A program made the translations under genes and the position numbers. A stretch of 63,737 bases of DNA, filler included, from Collodictyon triciliatum (taxonomy: Eukaryota), in assembly GCA_043381765.1 (NCBI GenBank). It is 6 parts of 6 records of this genome, joined end to end, with 100 filler letters (N's around TTAATTAATTAA, not from the genome) between each part and the next. Parts side by side here need not be neighbours in the genome. Positions count along the whole stretch, not along the records: positions 52,584 to 61,549 come from JBHJMP010000896.1; positions 61,650 to 63,737 come from JBHJMP010001006.1; 4 more parts are not named here. One strand, given 5' to 3'. The first letter of the stretch is position 1, and each line of letters starts with the position of its first letter. Shown in pieces: positions 52,584-63,737 of this stretch. The notes below the pieces were generated by a model, which was not told the origin of the DNA, searched no databases, and was given only the letters and a program-made list of their open reading frames with translations.

Positions 52584-52732
52584 TTTTCATTTTCATTTTC
52601 ATTTTCATTTTCTCAATTATTCTCTTCTAACTAGGTTTCGACGGAGTTTGTGAACTCGATCTTGTGACTGGCTACGAGAAAACAGTCCTTTGAAGTTGGC
52701 TTGTAACTCTGTAATAACCGTTCAGCAGAGCA

Positions 52733-61420
<8,688 letters not shown>

Positions 61421-61549
61421 TACTTTATCCTCTCTTCGCTTTTATTTCTCTCCTTTTTTTTCTTTTTTTTCTTTTTTTTTTCTTTTTTTTTCTTTTTTTT
61501 CTTTTTTTTCTTTTTTTTTTTTTTTTTCTTTTTTTTTCTTTTTTTTTCT

Positions 61550-61649
61550 NNNNNNNNNNNNNNNNNNNNNNNNNNNNNNNNNNNNNNNNNNNNTTAATTA
61601 ATTAANNNNNNNNNNNNNNNNNNNNNNNNNNNNNNNNNNNNNNNNNNNN
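61550..61649. other. Artificial contig linker
   Basis: 12-mer at 61594-61605 within Ns. Confidence 0.95.
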
Positions 61650-61752
61650 ATTGAATCTCTTAGAACATCCAAACAAGAATATGATTGCCGAAAAGCAGCT
61701 GGAGAACTCATACGAACGACGATTATTAGGATTATTTACAGAGAAAGTCCAC

Positions 61753-61869
61753 CTTTCTCCTCGTGGCATCTAAGTGCAGCTCCTCCCCGACCTTGAGGCA
61801 GCATTGGAGCATCTTGTAGAACAACTTGAGACCTCGCTCTGGGATAATAAACTCGGCGGACGTGCTCAT
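61753..61869 (-). CDS. RAD9: Probable first exon of RAD9 (9-1-1 checkpoint clamp subunit); remainder lost at the linker
   Basis: MSTSAEFIIPERGLKLFYKMLQCCLKVGEELHLDATRRK then a GT donor; resembles the Rad9 N-terminus (xxLKxFxKxxxCLxKIGDELxLE). Too short for the ORF track. Confidence 0.6.
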
Positions 61870-63512
61870 CTTACCGTGTTGGTGGTTTTCTGTCCTGCTT
61901 CATTGAATCGCACATACCATCCAAGGTTTCAGGGGTTTAAAGATCTGAATAGGGCCAGTAAACTAAGCCCATAAACAGGGCTCCCTCAGTATGTTTAAAG
62001 ATATTCGGCATAATGAGCCTCGAGCGGATATAAGGCGGCAGGGATTCACTTTTTTTTCTTTATATTTCTTTCAGTTATTATTTTTTTTTTTTTTTTTTTT
62101 TTGTGTTTTCAGTTGTTTCTGCGACGGTCGCAGATTTAGCCCTTCTCAAAAATCAAGCGTGGAGGCTTCAACGGCAACCAATCTATAAAACCTCTTGCGC
62201 CTTTTACTTTTTGTTGTCTATCCCTTGCGGCGATAATTCCAGCGCACGAAAATTCGGCGAAGCCAAAGGAATTTTTCGGGGACTCACCGCCATATGCGAG
62301 GTATTGGTGTGCAAATATCTTTTCCACATTAATTGTTCAAATGTGGAGTATAATATATTTATACCTATATGCACAAATATGCTCCTCAAATAATCTAATT
62401 TATTTACAGACAGCACTGAGTATTGACAAAGTGTGCACAAAATGAATAGGATGCAGCAAAACATCTACACCAAACAATCTAGTCAAGGACATCAAGTCGA
62501 AAATATCAGTGTGGAGCAACTTTCATCTCTAGGACGTGGGGAAATTAAGGTTGTGGAACCAAGTGATGCTGTCGACCCTTATCTACAACACGAAAACGAA
62601 AGGCACTTTTGCTGAAACCTCAAAGAGCTGAAGGAGCGGGGCGAAACATGCTGCCGCAACTTTTTCATTCACTAGAATAAATCCAAAAATATAAATCAAG
62701 ACGCTCTCTAGCCACCTTACATGGGGAGAAGGACTGGGACTCATAATGCTTTCCATGTTCAGAGTCTATTGCATGGACATCCTTCACGATGAGATGGTGG
62801 ACAAGATATGCTTACCCATCCGAAAAGAGATTTTGGCAGTGGAGTGCATCTCATCCATGACATATGCCCGAACTTCAAGACACAGCTCTGTGAGAGCAGA
62901 ATCCTGTCACCCCCGCCGAACACGCCCGAGCCGCTACTAGCGCGGTGGAAGGTTCTGTATGCAAACTGTGAAATGCACGAGTCTACCCAACTACAGTCTG
63001 TTACGGGTCAACTTTTGCTGGGATTAGAGGCAAAAGCTCTGTCATCATCAAGTGAAGAAGAAGGAAGCAAGCAGCTTCATCCTGCAACAAGTCGCTTTCC
63101 AAAAGGATGGGAGCTTCGCCACGACCGCGTGTCAAAATTGCTAACGCGATATATTCCACTCCTCGAATGCAACCCCACCACAGCCATCTATCTGAACAAC
63201 ACAAAGGGAAAAATGGCGCTCACGAGCGTCCCATCTCATACGGAGCGCCGTCGCCATTTTTCTTTCGCTGGGGCTGAGGAACCAAAGCAGGTCCATTACG
63301 CCTGATTCTCCCGCAATTCTCGATGGCCACTGGCGTACTCCACAGATAGTTGGTTCGATACGCTAAACTGTGCCCCGTTTCACCGTAACTTCCCTGCTAA
63401 CAAAACCGGAGAAAGAAAATGGTCGTGGGCCGAACTAAGGGCATTTATAGACCCGCGATAGTCAAAAGCTGAAAGCAAGCCCGTAGTATCTCAGTTAGTC
63501 TGACGGGCAACC

Positions 63513-63573
63513 AGAGAGAGAGGAAGGAGAGAGGAGAGAGGAGAGGAGAGAGAGAGAGAGAGAGACGAGAGAC

Positions 63574-63619
<46 letters not shown>

Positions 63620-63672
63620 AGAGAGAGAGAGATGAGAAGAGAGGAGGAGAGAGAGAGAGAGACGAGAGGAGA

Positions 63673-63737
<65 letters not shown>
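63513..63737. repeat. (GA)n microsatellite to the window end
   Basis: Seen directly. Confidence 0.95.

Noticed and set aside
52365-52701. Apparent ~110-nt direct duplication flanking the linker
   Set aside because: The copies are the ends of two adjacent contigs and differ by small indels typical of low-quality read ends; an unmerged overlap

Overview
Eukaryotic draft-assembly window: intron-rich, microsatellite-rich, standard genetic code. It has many N gaps and five artificial N-TTAATTAATTAA-N contig linkers (30363, 41356, 48093, 52528, 61594). In order it holds: (1) a GDP-mannose-type nucleotide-sugar transporter; (2) a ~22-kb, ~60-exon fungal-type fatty acid synthase with beta and alpha chains fused into one polypeptide (AT-ER-DH-MPT-ACP-ACP-KR-KS-PPT) and a duplicated ACP; (3) an intact intronless pogo/CENP-B-like transposase-derived gene with all three catalytic Asp positions substituted; (4) an intronless GC-rich CaMK1-like kinase; (5) a 5'-truncated NAP1/NCKAP1 (WAVE complex) gene; (6) an unknown two-repeat membrane protein; (7) a PiT/PHO4 phosphate transporter; (8) the 3' part of TTC4/Cns1; (9) a TmcB/TmcC-like membrane/TPR protein; (10) a probable RAD9 first exon. 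Most notable are the single-chain tandem-ACP FAS with natural substitutions at two positions used to engineer chain length in yeast FAS, the domesticated transposase, and two coding GC islands sharing a mirror-symmetric A->G->C->T composition profile. All family calls come from manual exon splicing and remembered motifs; no database search was run.
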